A stretch of 28,274 nt of DNA. It comes from Parcubacteria group bacterium CG08_land_8_20_14_0_20_43_9 (lineage in GTDB: Bacteria > Patescibacteriota > Minisyncoccia > Minisyncoccales > PEYH01). The notes under the pieces are model-generated. The model was not told the DNA's origin, searched no databases, and was given only the letters and a program-made list of their open reading frames with translations. The translations under genes and the position numbers were made by a program. The stretch is taken from assembly GCA_002774465.1 (NCBI GenBank), contig PEYH01000045.1, positions 3,115-31,388 on the forward strand, in the 5' to 3' direction. Position 1 is the stretch's first letter. Every line of letters starts with the position of its first letter. Below are positions 1-8,697 of this stretch, piece after piece.

Positions 1-226
1 GAAGCGCTAAGGGAGGAGTAAGATTGAAAAAGACAAATTCCAGTATCCTTTCAATCAGCACAAAAAAATGGCAAAGAGTGCAGGGAAGGCTTTCATTTAT
101 ATCGGTTGTGCTGGGGTCATCTTGGTTTTGCCCGCAAGGCACGAGTCCGGCTGCTGATGCTTGGCTGGCGATAGCAAATAGCCCCAAAAATAGTCCGATT
201 ATTAAAATTTTTGCAGTTTTAGTCAT
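1..226 (-). CDS. Pilin-like secreted/membrane protein (T4SS_pilin/TrbC-VirB2-like type common in CPR), 5' part; runs off the window
   Basis: Absent from the ORF track because it has no stop in the window. ATG at 226 gives MTKTAKILIIGLFLGLFAIASQASA-AGLVPCGQNQDDPSTTDINESLPCTLCHFFVLIERILEFVFFNLTPPLAL, open to the edge: signal peptide with AxA site, GLVPCG...CxxCxF motif, then a hydrophobic segment. Confidence 0.75.
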   Translation of the reverse strand, partial: MTKTAKILIIGLFLGLFAIASQASAAGLVPCGQNQDDPSTTDINESLPCTLCHFFVLIERILEFVFFNLTPPLAL

Positions 227-240
227 ATTTTTAGTTTTAC

Positions 241-308
241 ATTTTTAATTTTGTTTTTACTTTACATTTTTAGTTTTACATTTTTATTTTAGGTTGCGAA
301 GCAACCGC
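241..308 (-). repeat. tRNA-Arg 3' trailer element, copy A
   Basis: GCGGTTGCTTCGCAACCTAAAATAAAAATGTAAAACTAAAAA starts right after the tRNA CCA; 42/42 identical to 23289-23330 and 65/68 to 25092-25159. Confidence 0.95.
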
Positions 309-385
309 TGGTGCCCCCGGAAGGATTCGGACCCTCAACCTTCGCGTCCGAAGCGCGACACTCTGTCCAGTTGAGCTACGGGGGC
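309..385 (-). tRNA. tRNA-Arg(TCG), CCA encoded
   Basis: GCCCCCG/CGGGGGC acceptor, A73, A20 in D-loop, anticodon arm TCGCG-CTTCGGA-CGCGA, T-arm GAGGG-TCCGAAT-CCTTC (C55 variant). Confidence 0.95.
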
Positions 386-393
386 CTGATTTA

Positions 394-422
394 ATTCTAT
401 ATTACCAATTGAAAAACCGCAA
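394..422 (-). promoter_or_regulatory. sigma70-type promoter for tRNA-Arg(TCG) and the pilin-like gene
   Basis: TTGCGG-17bp-TAGAAT on the minus strand, ending 8 nt upstream of tRNA base 1. Confidence 0.5.
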
Positions 423-437
423 GAATTAAGTTAGAAT
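409..437 (+). promoter_or_regulatory. sigma70-type promoter for cca, overlapping the divergent tRNA promoter
   Basis: TTGAAA(409-414)-17bp-TAGAAT(432-437); ATG at 446. Confidence 0.5.
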
Positions 438-445
438 TGGAGAAT

Positions 446-1918
446 ATGAGTATTCCCATAGAGGTAAAGAAAATAGTCAGCGTCCTTGAAAATAAAGGTT
501 TTCAGGCCTTTGTGGTCGGCGGGTGCGTCAGGGATTTATTGCGGGGAGTTGAGCCGAATGACTGGGACATAGCCACTAATGCCAACCCAAAGGAATTGGA
601 AAAGATGTTCCCTAAAAGTTTTAGCGCGAATAAATTCGGCACAGTAACGGTTTTGACTTCAAGCAAGAAGGACAACTTAAAAGAAATAGAAATAACCACC
701 TTCAGGACCGAAGAGAAATACACAGACAAAAGGCATCCGGACAAAGTCAGGTGGGCGAAGACAATTGAGGAGGATTTGGCGAGGAGGGACTTCAGCATCA
801 ACGCCGTAGCGTTGAAAATCCAAAATCCAAAATCCAAAATCCAAAATCACGAGATAATTGACCCTTTTAATGGGCAGAAGGATTTGGAGCATAAACTGAT
901 TCGGGCGGTCGGCCAGCCGGAAGACAGGTTTCAGGAAGATGCTTTGCGCCTGATGAGGGCAGTGCGCCTTGCCGCTGTTTTGAATTTTGACATAGAAAAA
1001 CAAACATTGTCGGCTGTCAGGAAAAACGCCGGGCTTCTGGAGTTTATTTCCAAAGAGCGGATTAGGGATGAGTTTTTGAAAATAGTGATGTCCGATAATC
1101 CGGACAAAGGCATAGAATCGTTAAGAGAGACGGGCCTTTTGAAACATATCATGCCCGAATTGCTGGAGGGTTATCAAGTGGGGCAGAATAAACATCATAT
1201 ATATGAAGTGTATGAGCACGCCATCAGGTCTTTGCAGTACGGGGCAAAAGAGGGCTTTAATAAATATGTTCGCTTAGCCGCTCTTTTTCACGATATCGGA
1301 AAGCCCAGAGCCAAAGAAGGCCAGGGAGCGGATTCAACCTTTTACAATCATGAGGTAATTGGCGCGAAAATGGCAGCCAAAATTTTGGAGCGCTTGAAAT
1401 TTTCAGGAAAAGATATAGAAAAGATTGTTAAGCTGGTAAGATATCATCTTTTTTACTACAATGTTGGCGAAGTGCAGGAATCGTCAGTCAGGCGGTTATT
1501 GGCGAAAATCGGAGCAGAGAATTTTGACGAGTTGGTGCAATTGAGAATGTGTGATAGGATTGGCTCTGGCTGTCCCAAAGCTCTTCCCTATAAGTTAAGG
1601 CATTTTCAGTATGTAGCGGACAAATTAGCCCTTGACCCTATTGATGTGACCACCTTAAAAGTGGGGGGAGACGATATTATGGAATCTTTGAAAATAGGGC
1701 CAGGTCCGAAAATAGGAAAAATTCTCTCTGTTCTTTTAGGGAAAATTCTTGATGAGCCAGAAAACAACAAGAAAGCTTATTTGAAAAAAAGAATCAAAGA
1801 GTTAGGCGCTCTTAATGAAAAAGAATTGGAGAGATTGGTCAGCCGGGCTAAAAATAAAAGAGAGGAAATTGTGACCAAGAGAGACGAGATGACCAAGAGG
1901 AAATATTGGGTGACATAA
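446..1918 (+). CDS. cca: CCA tRNA nucleotidyltransferase (class II) with HD domain
   Basis: Motifs VVGGCVRDLL, DWDIAT, RRDFSIN, EDALRLMRAVR, ERIRDEF and HD motif LFHDIGKP. ATG 446 preferred over track TTG 437. Four tRNAs in this window lack an encoded CCA. Confidence 0.92.
   Translation: MSIPIEVKKIVSVLENKGFQAFVVGGCVRDLLRGVEPNDWDIATNANPKELEKMFPKSFSANKFGTVTVLTSSKKDNLKEIEITTFRTEEKYTDKRHPDKVRWAKTIEEDLARRDFSINAVALKIQNPKSKIQNHEIIDPFNGQKDLEHKLIRAVGQPEDRFQEDALRLMRAVRLAAVLNFDIEKQTLSAVRKNAGLLEFISKERIRDEFLKIVMSDNPDKGIESLRETGLLKHIMPELLEGYQVGQNKHHIYEVYEHAIRSLQYGAKEGFNKYVRLAALFHDIGKPRAKEGQGADSTFYNHEVIGAKMAAKILERLKFSGKDIEKIVKLVRYHLFYYNVGEVQESSVRRLLAKIGAENFDELVQLRMCDRIGSGCPKALPYKLRHFQYVADKLALDPIDVTTLKVGGDDIMESLKIGPGPKIGKILSVLLGKILDEPENNKKAYLKKRIKELGALNEKELERLVSRAKNKREEIVTKRDEMTKRKYWVT
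815..848 (+). repeat. Heptamer tandem repeat (AAAATCC)x4 + AAAATC inside cca, read in frame as KIQNPKSKIQN
   Basis: Read directly at 815-848. Confidence 0.95.
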
Positions 1919-2034
1919 GAATGAAAAATGAAAAATGAAAAAATAAAAATGACGGATAAAAATCCAAAAAGAAATAAAATTTTAATTTTACATTGTTATT
2001 TTCCGTTTTTCGTTTTACATTTTTAATTTTCTTT
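1919..2034. repeat. Low-complexity spacer: A-rich heptamer-like tract followed by T-rich tract
   Basis: aatgaaaaatgaaaaatg... then ...tttttcgttttacatttttaa; 2006-2026 is the exact reverse complement of 25185-25205. Confidence 0.8.
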
Positions 2035-2108
2035 CGGGGCATAGTGTAGCAGCAACATTCACGATTCGGGTTCGTGCGACTCGGGTGCAATTCCCGATGC
2101 CCCGACCA
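2035..2108 (+). tRNA. tRNA-Pro(CGG), CCA encoded
   Basis: C1-G72, A73, CGGGGCA/TGCCCCG acceptor, anticodon arm CACGA-TTCGGGT-TCGTG; non-canonical D-loop AGCAGCA and T-loop TGCAATT. Confidence 0.9.
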
Positions 2109-2117
2109 ATAATTTCT

Positions 2118-2618
2118 ATGAGGAATTTTTTTGAAAAAACATCATGGCCTTTTCCGGGGTCTAAAAAAGAAACAACGGAATTCGGTAAAGCGAAAAGAGA
2201 TATTTCGGTTTGCGAAAAATGCGGAGCTGCATTTTGGCAAAAATCGTGGCATCGCAGATTGGAAGATATCCCGGATTATGAAAAAGAAAACACTCATTCC
2301 GGGATTTGCCCCGCCTGCCAAATGATAGCGGACAATCGTTATGAGGGGGAAATCATCATTGAGAATGTTCCGGAAGAGAAAAAAGGAGAAATAGAAAACC
2401 TAATCGGCAATTTCTCCGAGACCGCTTTTAGGGAAGACCCGATGGACAGGATTATCTCCATTCAGACGGTGGCCAAGGGAATGTTGAGGGTTTTGACCAC
2501 CGAGAATCAGATGGCCCAGCAGTTGGCCAAGAAAATAAAAAAAACGTTCAAAGGAAAGGTTTCCCTTACGCATTCCAGAAGGGAATCTACTCTCCGCGCA
2601 AAAATCATTTTACCATAG
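2118..2618 (+). CDS. BCAM0308/NMD3-like putative zinc-binding protein
   Basis: CEKCGAAF..KSWH and CPACQMIADNRYEGEI motifs; C-terminal LTTENQMAQQLAKKI. Start moved to ATG 2118 because track start 2085 lies inside tRNA-Pro. Confidence 0.6.
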   Translation: MRNFFEKTSWPFPGSKKETTEFGKAKRDISVCEKCGAAFWQKSWHRRLEDIPDYEKENTHSGICPACQMIADNRYEGEIIIENVPEEKKGEIENLIGNFSETAFREDPMDRIISIQTVAKGMLRVLTTENQMAQQLAKKIKKTFKGKVSLTHSRRESTLRAKIILP

Positions 2619-2634
2619 GGGCGAAGATGGCGCA

Positions 2635-2663
2635 TTGACACCAAAAGCAAAAGAAGATACTAT
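2635..2663 (+). promoter_or_regulatory. sigma70 promoter of the toxin-antitoxin operon
   Basis: TTGACA(2635-2640)-17bp-TACTAT(2658-2663). Confidence 0.75.
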
Positions 2664-2665
2664 GA

Positions 2666-2686
2666 TTGTAATACAAATTATTACAA
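2666..2686. promoter_or_regulatory. Probable operator for the RHH antitoxin
   Basis: Perfect inverted repeat TTGTAATA-caaat-TATTACAA over the predicted transcription start, 4 nt before the ATG. Confidence 0.65.
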
Positions 2687-2690
2687 AATT

Positions 2691-2906
2691 ATGAGAAAAA
2701 TAATAAACTTATCAGTGCCGGCAGGAATGGCAAAATCAATTGACGATATTGTCGCCAAAGGCAATTATGCCAGCAAAAGCGAGTTTTTCCGCGACCTTTT
2801 AAGAATGTGGATGGAGGGAAAAATCTTAAGAGAGCTGGGCGAGAGCCGGAGAGAGCTGTCTTCCGGCAAGGGGCAGGTACTGAGAACTCTTAAGGATTTG
2901 AGATAA
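2691..2906 (+). CDS. Ribbon-helix-helix (CopG/Arc/MetJ-type) antitoxin
   Basis: IINLSVP...IDDIV..GNYASKSEFFRDLLR is an RHH pattern; directly upstream of a RelE-like toxin. Confidence 0.8.
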   Translation: MRKIINLSVPAGMAKSIDDIVAKGNYASKSEFFRDLLRMWMEGKILRELGESRRELSSGKGQVLRTLKDLR

Positions 2907-2919
2907 AACCCTGCTTTTT

Positions 2920-3189
2920 ATGGTAAAAATTTTTTACTCAAGCAAGTTTGCTCGCGAATACCGCAAATTGCCTTTATCCGCCAAAAAGACGGCCGAAAAG
3001 AAAGAAAAGATTTTTAGAGAAAATCCTTTTGATTCAAAATTGAAGACCCATAAATTAAAAGGAGGATTGAGGGACTTTTGGTCTTTTTCTATTGATAGAA
3101 AGTATAGGATTATTTTTGAGTTCGCAACCGAAGAAAAGGTTTGGTTTCATTCTGTGGGGGCGCATGACATATATGGATTGTGGGAATAG
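2920..3189 (+). CDS. Type II toxin, RelE/ParE/YafQ-like mRNA interferase
   Basis: 89 aa, basic; SSKFAREYRKL, LKTHKLKG.L.DFWSFSIDRKYRIIF, VGAHDIY fit the RelE superfamily. Confidence 0.82.
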   Translation: MVKIFYSSKFAREYRKLPLSAKKTAEKKEKIFRENPFDSKLKTHKLKGGLRDFWSFSIDRKYRIIFEFATEEKVWFHSVGAHDIYGLWE

Positions 3190-3261
3190 GGCCATTAGCT
3201 CAGTCGGCAGAGCGCCGCACTCGCATTGCGGAGGTCGTCGGTTCGAATCCGACATGGTCCA
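3189..3261 (+). tRNA. tRNA-Ala(CGC), CCA not encoded
   Basis: GGGCCAT/ATGGTCC acceptor with G3:U70, anticodon arm CCGCA-CTCGCAT-TGCGG, TTCGAAT T-loop. Confidence 0.95.
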
Positions 3262-3280
3262 TTATATAATTTTATTGGGA

Positions 3281-3748
3281 ATGTCGTTTTATAAATACAT
3301 ATTATTAATTGCCATTGCCTTGTTTTTGTGCCTTGCGGCAATTTTGTTTTCTATGGCTAAAAAAGAAAATAATTCAGTTAAGGAGATTTATTTTAGGGAG
3401 AGATGTTTTAGAGCAGAGGTGGTAGAGACAATGGAACAGAGAGCCAAGGGCTTGATGGGGCGGGATGATTTGGCGGAAAATCAGGGGATGCTTTTTGTTT
3501 TTCCGGAACCGGGGCTCTATGGGTTTTGGATGAAAAATATGCTGATTTCCATTGACATTATCTGGCTGGACAAAGATTTGGCCATTACTCATATAGAGCA
3601 TAGTGTCCCGCCCTGCGAAGCCGACCCCTGCCCGGCTTATAATCCGCATTCCCCTTCCCAATATGTTTTGGAAATAAGGGCCGGGCTTGCCCAAGAATTA
3701 GAAATGAAAACAGGCGATAAATTTTATTTCAAAGGCAATGGCGATTAA
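3281..3748 (+). CDS. DUF192 family protein with N-terminal membrane anchor
   Basis: RAEVVET..QRAKGLMGR..L...GMLFVF, FWMKNMLISIDIIWLD, YVLEI.AG. Start moved to ATG 3281 because track start 3092 crosses the toxin and tRNA. Confidence 0.85.
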   Translation: MSFYKYILLIAIALFLCLAAILFSMAKKENNSVKEIYFRERCFRAEVVETMEQRAKGLMGRDDLAENQGMLFVFPEPGLYGFWMKNMLISIDIIWLDKDLAITHIEHSVPPCEADPCPAYNPHSPSQYVLEIRAGLAQELEMKTGDKFYFKGNGD

Positions 3749-4115
3749 TACTAAGGAAATCGGAGATATTGGAGAAGAGATTGCAAAAAAGTATTTGCAG
3801 GGCAAAGGGTATGAAATTCTGGACAGGAATTTTTTCAAAACAGTTAATGGATTAAAAATCGGAGAAATAGATATCGTGGCCCGCAAAGAAGGCGCGATTA
3901 TTTTTTTTGAAGTGAAAACGCTGACCGGGGACAGGAGGTTTGCGCCTGAATCAAAGGTTAATTTTCAGAAACAGGAAAAGATATCTAAAATCGCCCAAAT
4001 CTGGCTCGATGAAAACAATATTCCGCCGGATTCTCCCTGGCAGATAGACGCGCTGGCAATAGTCCTGGATTTTTCTTCGCGCAAGGCCAGGGTCAAACAT
4101 TTTCAGAACATTTAG
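3738..4115 (+). CDS. yraN: YraN (UPF0102) family putative endonuclease
   Basis: GDIGEEIAKKYL..KGYEILDRNF, GEIDIVA, FFEVKT, QIDALAI. Confidence 0.88.
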   Translation: MAINTKEIGDIGEEIAKKYLQGKGYEILDRNFFKTVNGLKIGEIDIVARKEGAIIFFEVKTLTGDRRFAPESKVNFQKQEKISKIAQIWLDENNIPPDSPWQIDALAIVLDFSSRKARVKHFQNI

Positions 4116-4138
4116 CCCCGTTTTTCAATAGGTTTCAC

Positions 4139-4166
4139 TTGACAGGAATCCTAGGATTGTTATTAT
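4139..4166 (+). promoter_or_regulatory. Candidate promoter upstream of nusA
   Basis: TTGACA(4139-4144)-16bp-TATTAT(4161-4166) with TG extended -10. Confidence 0.55.
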
Positions 4167-4176
4167 GAAAAAAGAA

Positions 4177-4201
4177 GGTCCAAGCAGTTGGGCCGTTTTT
4201 T
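4177..4201 (+). terminator. Intrinsic terminator-like hairpin in the nusA upstream region
   Basis: GGTCCAA-gcag-TTGGGCC followed by G and T6. Confidence 0.55.
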
Positions 4202-4226
4202 CTGAAATTAATTTTGTTAACAAGGG

Positions 4227-4283
4227 GCGGTCAACAAGGCCGGGCCTCATAAAGAGACCCGGACTCCTTGACCCGTTGACCGC
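4227..4283 (+). other. Multi-stem structured element upstream of nusA
   Basis: GCGGTCAAC(4227-4235)/GTTGACCGC(4275-4283) encloses AAGG/CCTT, CCGGG/CCCGG and CTC/GAG stems. Confidence 0.5.
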
Positions 4284-4301
4284 TCGTTGATAGATAAAAC
4301 C

Positions 4302-5657
<1,356 letters not shown>

Positions 5658-5672
5658 CAACCGCAATCAACT

Positions 5673-7661
5673 ATGAATTTGGTCTATATTCCTCTTATCG
5701 CATCAATCATAGATATTTTATTTGTCTTTTTATGGATTCGCCTTTTAAACAAATTGAGTTCTGGCCAGGAGAATCTGCAAAAAATAGCCGGAGCCATAAG
5801 AGAGGGCGCCAGGGCTTTTCTCAAAAGAGAATTTAAAGTGATGATAGTTGTTTTTCTGTTGGCGGCAATCGTGCTGGGGATTCTGAATAAAAATGTTTTA
5901 CCGTCGATTGTCTTTTTGATAGGCGCTTTTATTTCCAGCTTGGCCGGCTATGTGGGGATGATGGTTTCCACCTTAGCCAATGTGAGAACAACGGTTTCGG
6001 CCCAAAAAAGCTTTCCCGACTCATTCAAGACCGCTATCCGGGGTGGACAGGTTATGGGCTTCTTGGTCGTGGGGCTGGGGCTTTTAGGGGTGATTATCCT
6101 GTGGATGGTCTTCCAAGATGTCAATCTTCTAATCAATTACGCCTTAGGCGCTTCTTTGGTCGCTTTGTTTATGAGAGTGGGCGGAGGGATTTTTACTAAG
6201 AGCGCTGATGTGGGCGCTGATTTAGTCGGGAAAGTGGAAAAAGGAATCCCGGAAGACGACCCGAGGAATCCGGCGGTTATTGCCGACCAGGTAGGAGACA
6301 ATGTCGGGGACATTGCCGGCATGGGCGCAGACCTTTTTGAATCGTATGTTTCAACGATTATTGCCGCCATGGTAATCGGAGCCGTGGTTTTCGGAACAAA
6401 AGGCATAATTGCTCCCTTGTTCTTGGCGGGAATCGGGATTTTCAGCTCTTTATTAGGCACATTTTTTGTGCGCGTTTCCAAAAGCGCCCTGCAAGAAGAG
6501 TTTTCCAAACAAACCGAAAGCGTAAGAAAAGCCATGGGAAGGGGCGTATTTATTGCCAATGTTTTGATGATTGCCGGGTCATACTTTTTAATAACTATTC
6601 TTTTCAAAAGCATCGGCCTGTTTTGGGCCATTTTGTTCGGGTTGCTTGCCGGCTGGCTGATAGGCAAAACAAGCGAATATTTTTCTTCGGAAAAAAGAAG
6701 ACCGACTCTTGATATCGCAGAGGCAGGGAACAGCGGAGCGTCAAGCGTCATAATAGAGGGCTTGATTGTGGGAATGAAGAGCACGGTTCTGCCCGTCTTG
6801 GCAGTAGGAGCAACGATTGTTTTGTCTTACCATTTCGCCGGGCTTTATGGCATTGCCCTGGCTTCTCTCGGCATTCTGGGAGTGTTAGGCATAAATCTTT
6901 CCACTGACTGTTATGGGCCTATTGCCGACAATGCCGCCGGTATTGCGGAAATGGGCGGTTTGGGAAAAGAAATCAGGCAAAGGGTTGAGGCCCTGGATGC
7001 CGTAGGAAACAGTACGGCTGCAATCGGGAAAGGTTTTGCCATTGGTTCGGCCGCCTTGGCCTCCTTGGCTTGGCTGGCAACCTACGCGCAAAAGATTAAT
7101 GTTGCCTCAATAAATCTTTTAGAGCCGAAACTTCTTGCCGGCCTGTTTATCGGAGCGATGCTTCCTTTTATTTTTTCTGCCCTTACCATGAAAGGGGTGA
7201 GCAGAGGGGCCTTAGAAGTGGTCAAAGAGGTCAGGCGCCAATTCAGGGAAGTGCCCGGGTTGCTGGAGGGTACGGCTAAAGCTGATTATCGTTCCTGCGT
7301 TGATTTAGTGACCAAAAGAGCCATCAGAGAGATGCTGGCGCCCGGGATTTTAGTAGTTATTATGCCGATTTTAATCGGGTTGACTTTAGGCAAAGAGGCA
7401 GTGGCAGGAACATTAGTCGGGGCCTTAAGCAGCGGATTCCTGCTGGCTTTGTTTATGGCAAATTCAGGAGCGGCTTGGGACAATGCCAAAAAATATATTG
7501 AAGCAGGCAATCTCGGGGGCAAGGGTTCCGATGCCCACAAAGCGGCAGTAGTCGGAGATACGGTTGGAGACCCCTTTAAGGATACAGCCGGGCCGTCGCT
7601 GAATATCCTGATTAAGCTTATCAGCGTTGTGGCCCTTATATCATTAGCCCTATTTACTTAA
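5673..7661 (+). CDS. hppA: Membrane-bound pyrophosphatase, K+-dependent, probably Na+-translocating
   Basis: [76 protein letters not shown]; many TM helices. Confidence 0.97.
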   Translation: MNLVYIPLIASIIDILFVFLWIRLLNKLSSGQENLQKIAGAIREGARAFLKREFKVMIVVFLLAAIVLGILNKNVLPSIVFLIGAFISSLAGYVGMMVSTLANVRTTVSAQKSFPDSFKTAIRGGQVMGFLVVGLGLLGVIILWMVFQDVNLLINYALGASLVALFMRVGGGIFTKSADVGADLVGKVEKGIPEDDPRNPAVIADQVGDNVGDIAGMGADLFESYVSTIIAAMVIGAVVFGTKGIIAPLFLAGIGIFSSLLGTFFVRVSKSALQEEFSKQTESVRKAMGRGVFIANVLMIAGSYFLITILFKSIGLFWAILFGLLAGWLIGKTSEYFSSEKRRPTLDIAEAGNSGASSVIIEGLIVGMKSTVLPVLAVGATIVLSYHFAGLYGIALASLGILGVLGINLSTDCYGPIADNAAGIAEMGGLGKEIRQRVEALDAVGNSTAAIGKGFAIGSAALASLAWLATYAQKINVASINLLEPKLLAGLFIGAMLPFIFSALTMKGVSRGALEVVKEVRRQFREVPGLLEGTAKADYRSCVDLVTKRAIREMLAPGILVVIMPILIGLTLGKEAVAGTLVGALSSGFLLALFMANSGAAWDNAKKYIEAGNLGGKGSDAHKAAVVGDTVGDPFKDTAGPSLNILIKLISVVALISLALFT

Positions 7662-7667
7662 AAACCA

Positions 7668-8663
7668 ATGGAAAAATCCGTTAAAGAGGTAAGCGAAACA
7701 AAAAAAGAAATATCTGTTAAAGTCCCTTATGAAGAATTTAATAAGTTTGTCCGAAAAGCGTCAGACGAGCTTGTGAAAGAAGTAGAGATTAAGGGCTTTC
7801 GCAAAGGTCAGGCCCCCAAAGATTTGGCGATGAAGGCCGTCAAGCAGGAAAAGATTTTACAGCGCGCGGCCGGTTTTGCGATAAATGAAATTTATCCGGA
7901 GATAATACGAGAGAACCAGCTGGAAGTGCTTGGGCCTCCGGAAGTCGAGATTCTGAAATTAGCGCCATCCAACCCCCTTGAGTTAAGGATTAAGGTTTTT
8001 GTAATGCCGAAAATAGAATTGCCTGATTATCGGGAGATGATTAAGGGCATCAAACAAGAGGAGTTAGTGGTCAGCGACGAAGAAGTTGAGCAGGCGTTTA
8101 AACAATTGCAGGAAGCCAGAGAAAAAATATCGCAGGAGCAGAAGGACAAGATAAAATTTGACGAACCGGAAGGGCTCAAGAAAATTTTGAGGCAGGAGAT
8201 TCAAAAAGAAAAAGAAACGATTGAAAAAGGCAAATTGAGGAACGACATTCTCAAGTCAATCTCGGAGAAATGCAATTTTGAAGTGCCGGAAATTCTGATT
8301 TCCGCGGAAAAAAGGAGAATGATGGATGATATCAAAAGAAATGTCCAGCAGGTTCTGAAAATGACTTTTGAAGATTACTTGAAGAAGATTCAGAAGACAG
8401 AAAGAGAGCTGGAAGATTCTTTGGCCGTTGAGGTGACGGAAAGAATAAAAAGAATGATGATACTGGGCAGAATCCAGATAAAAGAAAGCATTGAAGCCAG
8501 CAAGGAAGAAGTGGAAAAAGAGGTTTCAGGGTTTCTAAGCCATCCTGCCAATGCTGAAGTTAGAGATAAAATCGACCAGACAGCCCTTAGAACTTATCTT
8601 AAAGAGCGGCTGGAAGATGAAAAAACTCTCCAACTCCTTGAAGGGATGGTTATTAATCATTAA
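7668..8663 (+). CDS. tig: Trigger factor, shortened and apparently lacking the FKBP/PPIase domain
   Basis: Ribosome-binding GFRKGQAP motif, C-terminal FEVPEILI..E..RMM chaperone domain, 331 aa, directly upstream of clpP. Confidence 0.9.
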   Translation: MEKSVKEVSETKKEISVKVPYEEFNKFVRKASDELVKEVEIKGFRKGQAPKDLAMKAVKQEKILQRAAGFAINEIYPEIIRENQLEVLGPPEVEILKLAPSNPLELRIKVFVMPKIELPDYREMIKGIKQEELVVSDEEVEQAFKQLQEAREKISQEQKDKIKFDEPEGLKKILRQEIQKEKETIEKGKLRNDILKSISEKCNFEVPEILISAEKRRMMDDIKRNVQQVLKMTFEDYLKKIQKTERELEDSLAVEVTERIKRMMILGRIQIKESIEASKEEVEKEVSGFLSHPANAEVRDKIDQTALRTYLKERLEDEKTLQLLEGMVINH

Positions 8664-8686
8664 TTATTAATCATTAATCATTAATC
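8652..8686 (+). repeat. (ATTAATY)x5 heptamer tandem repeat spanning the tig stop codon
   Basis: ATTAATC ATTAATT ATTAATC ATTAATC ATTAATC. Confidence 0.9.
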
Positions 8687-8697
8687 ATTATCTATTT

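Noticed and set aside
24-248. 74-aa plus-strand ORF
   Set aside because: Shadow of the minus-strand pilin-like gene, which has a signal peptide and a recognisable Cys motif.
291-308. Arg-trailer hairpin as an intrinsic terminator
   Set aside because: Followed by A-tract in the sense direction, and the T-tract precedes it on the other strand.
2085-2117. N-terminal extension of the BCAM0308-like ORF
   Set aside because: Overlaps tRNA-Pro(CGG); ATG 2118 is the plausible start.
3092-3280. N-terminal extension of the DUF192 ORF
   Set aside because: Runs through the toxin gene and tRNA-Ala; ATG 3281 precedes the membrane anchor.
6137-6784. 215-aa minus-strand ORF
   Set aside because: In-register antisense shadow of conserved hppA.
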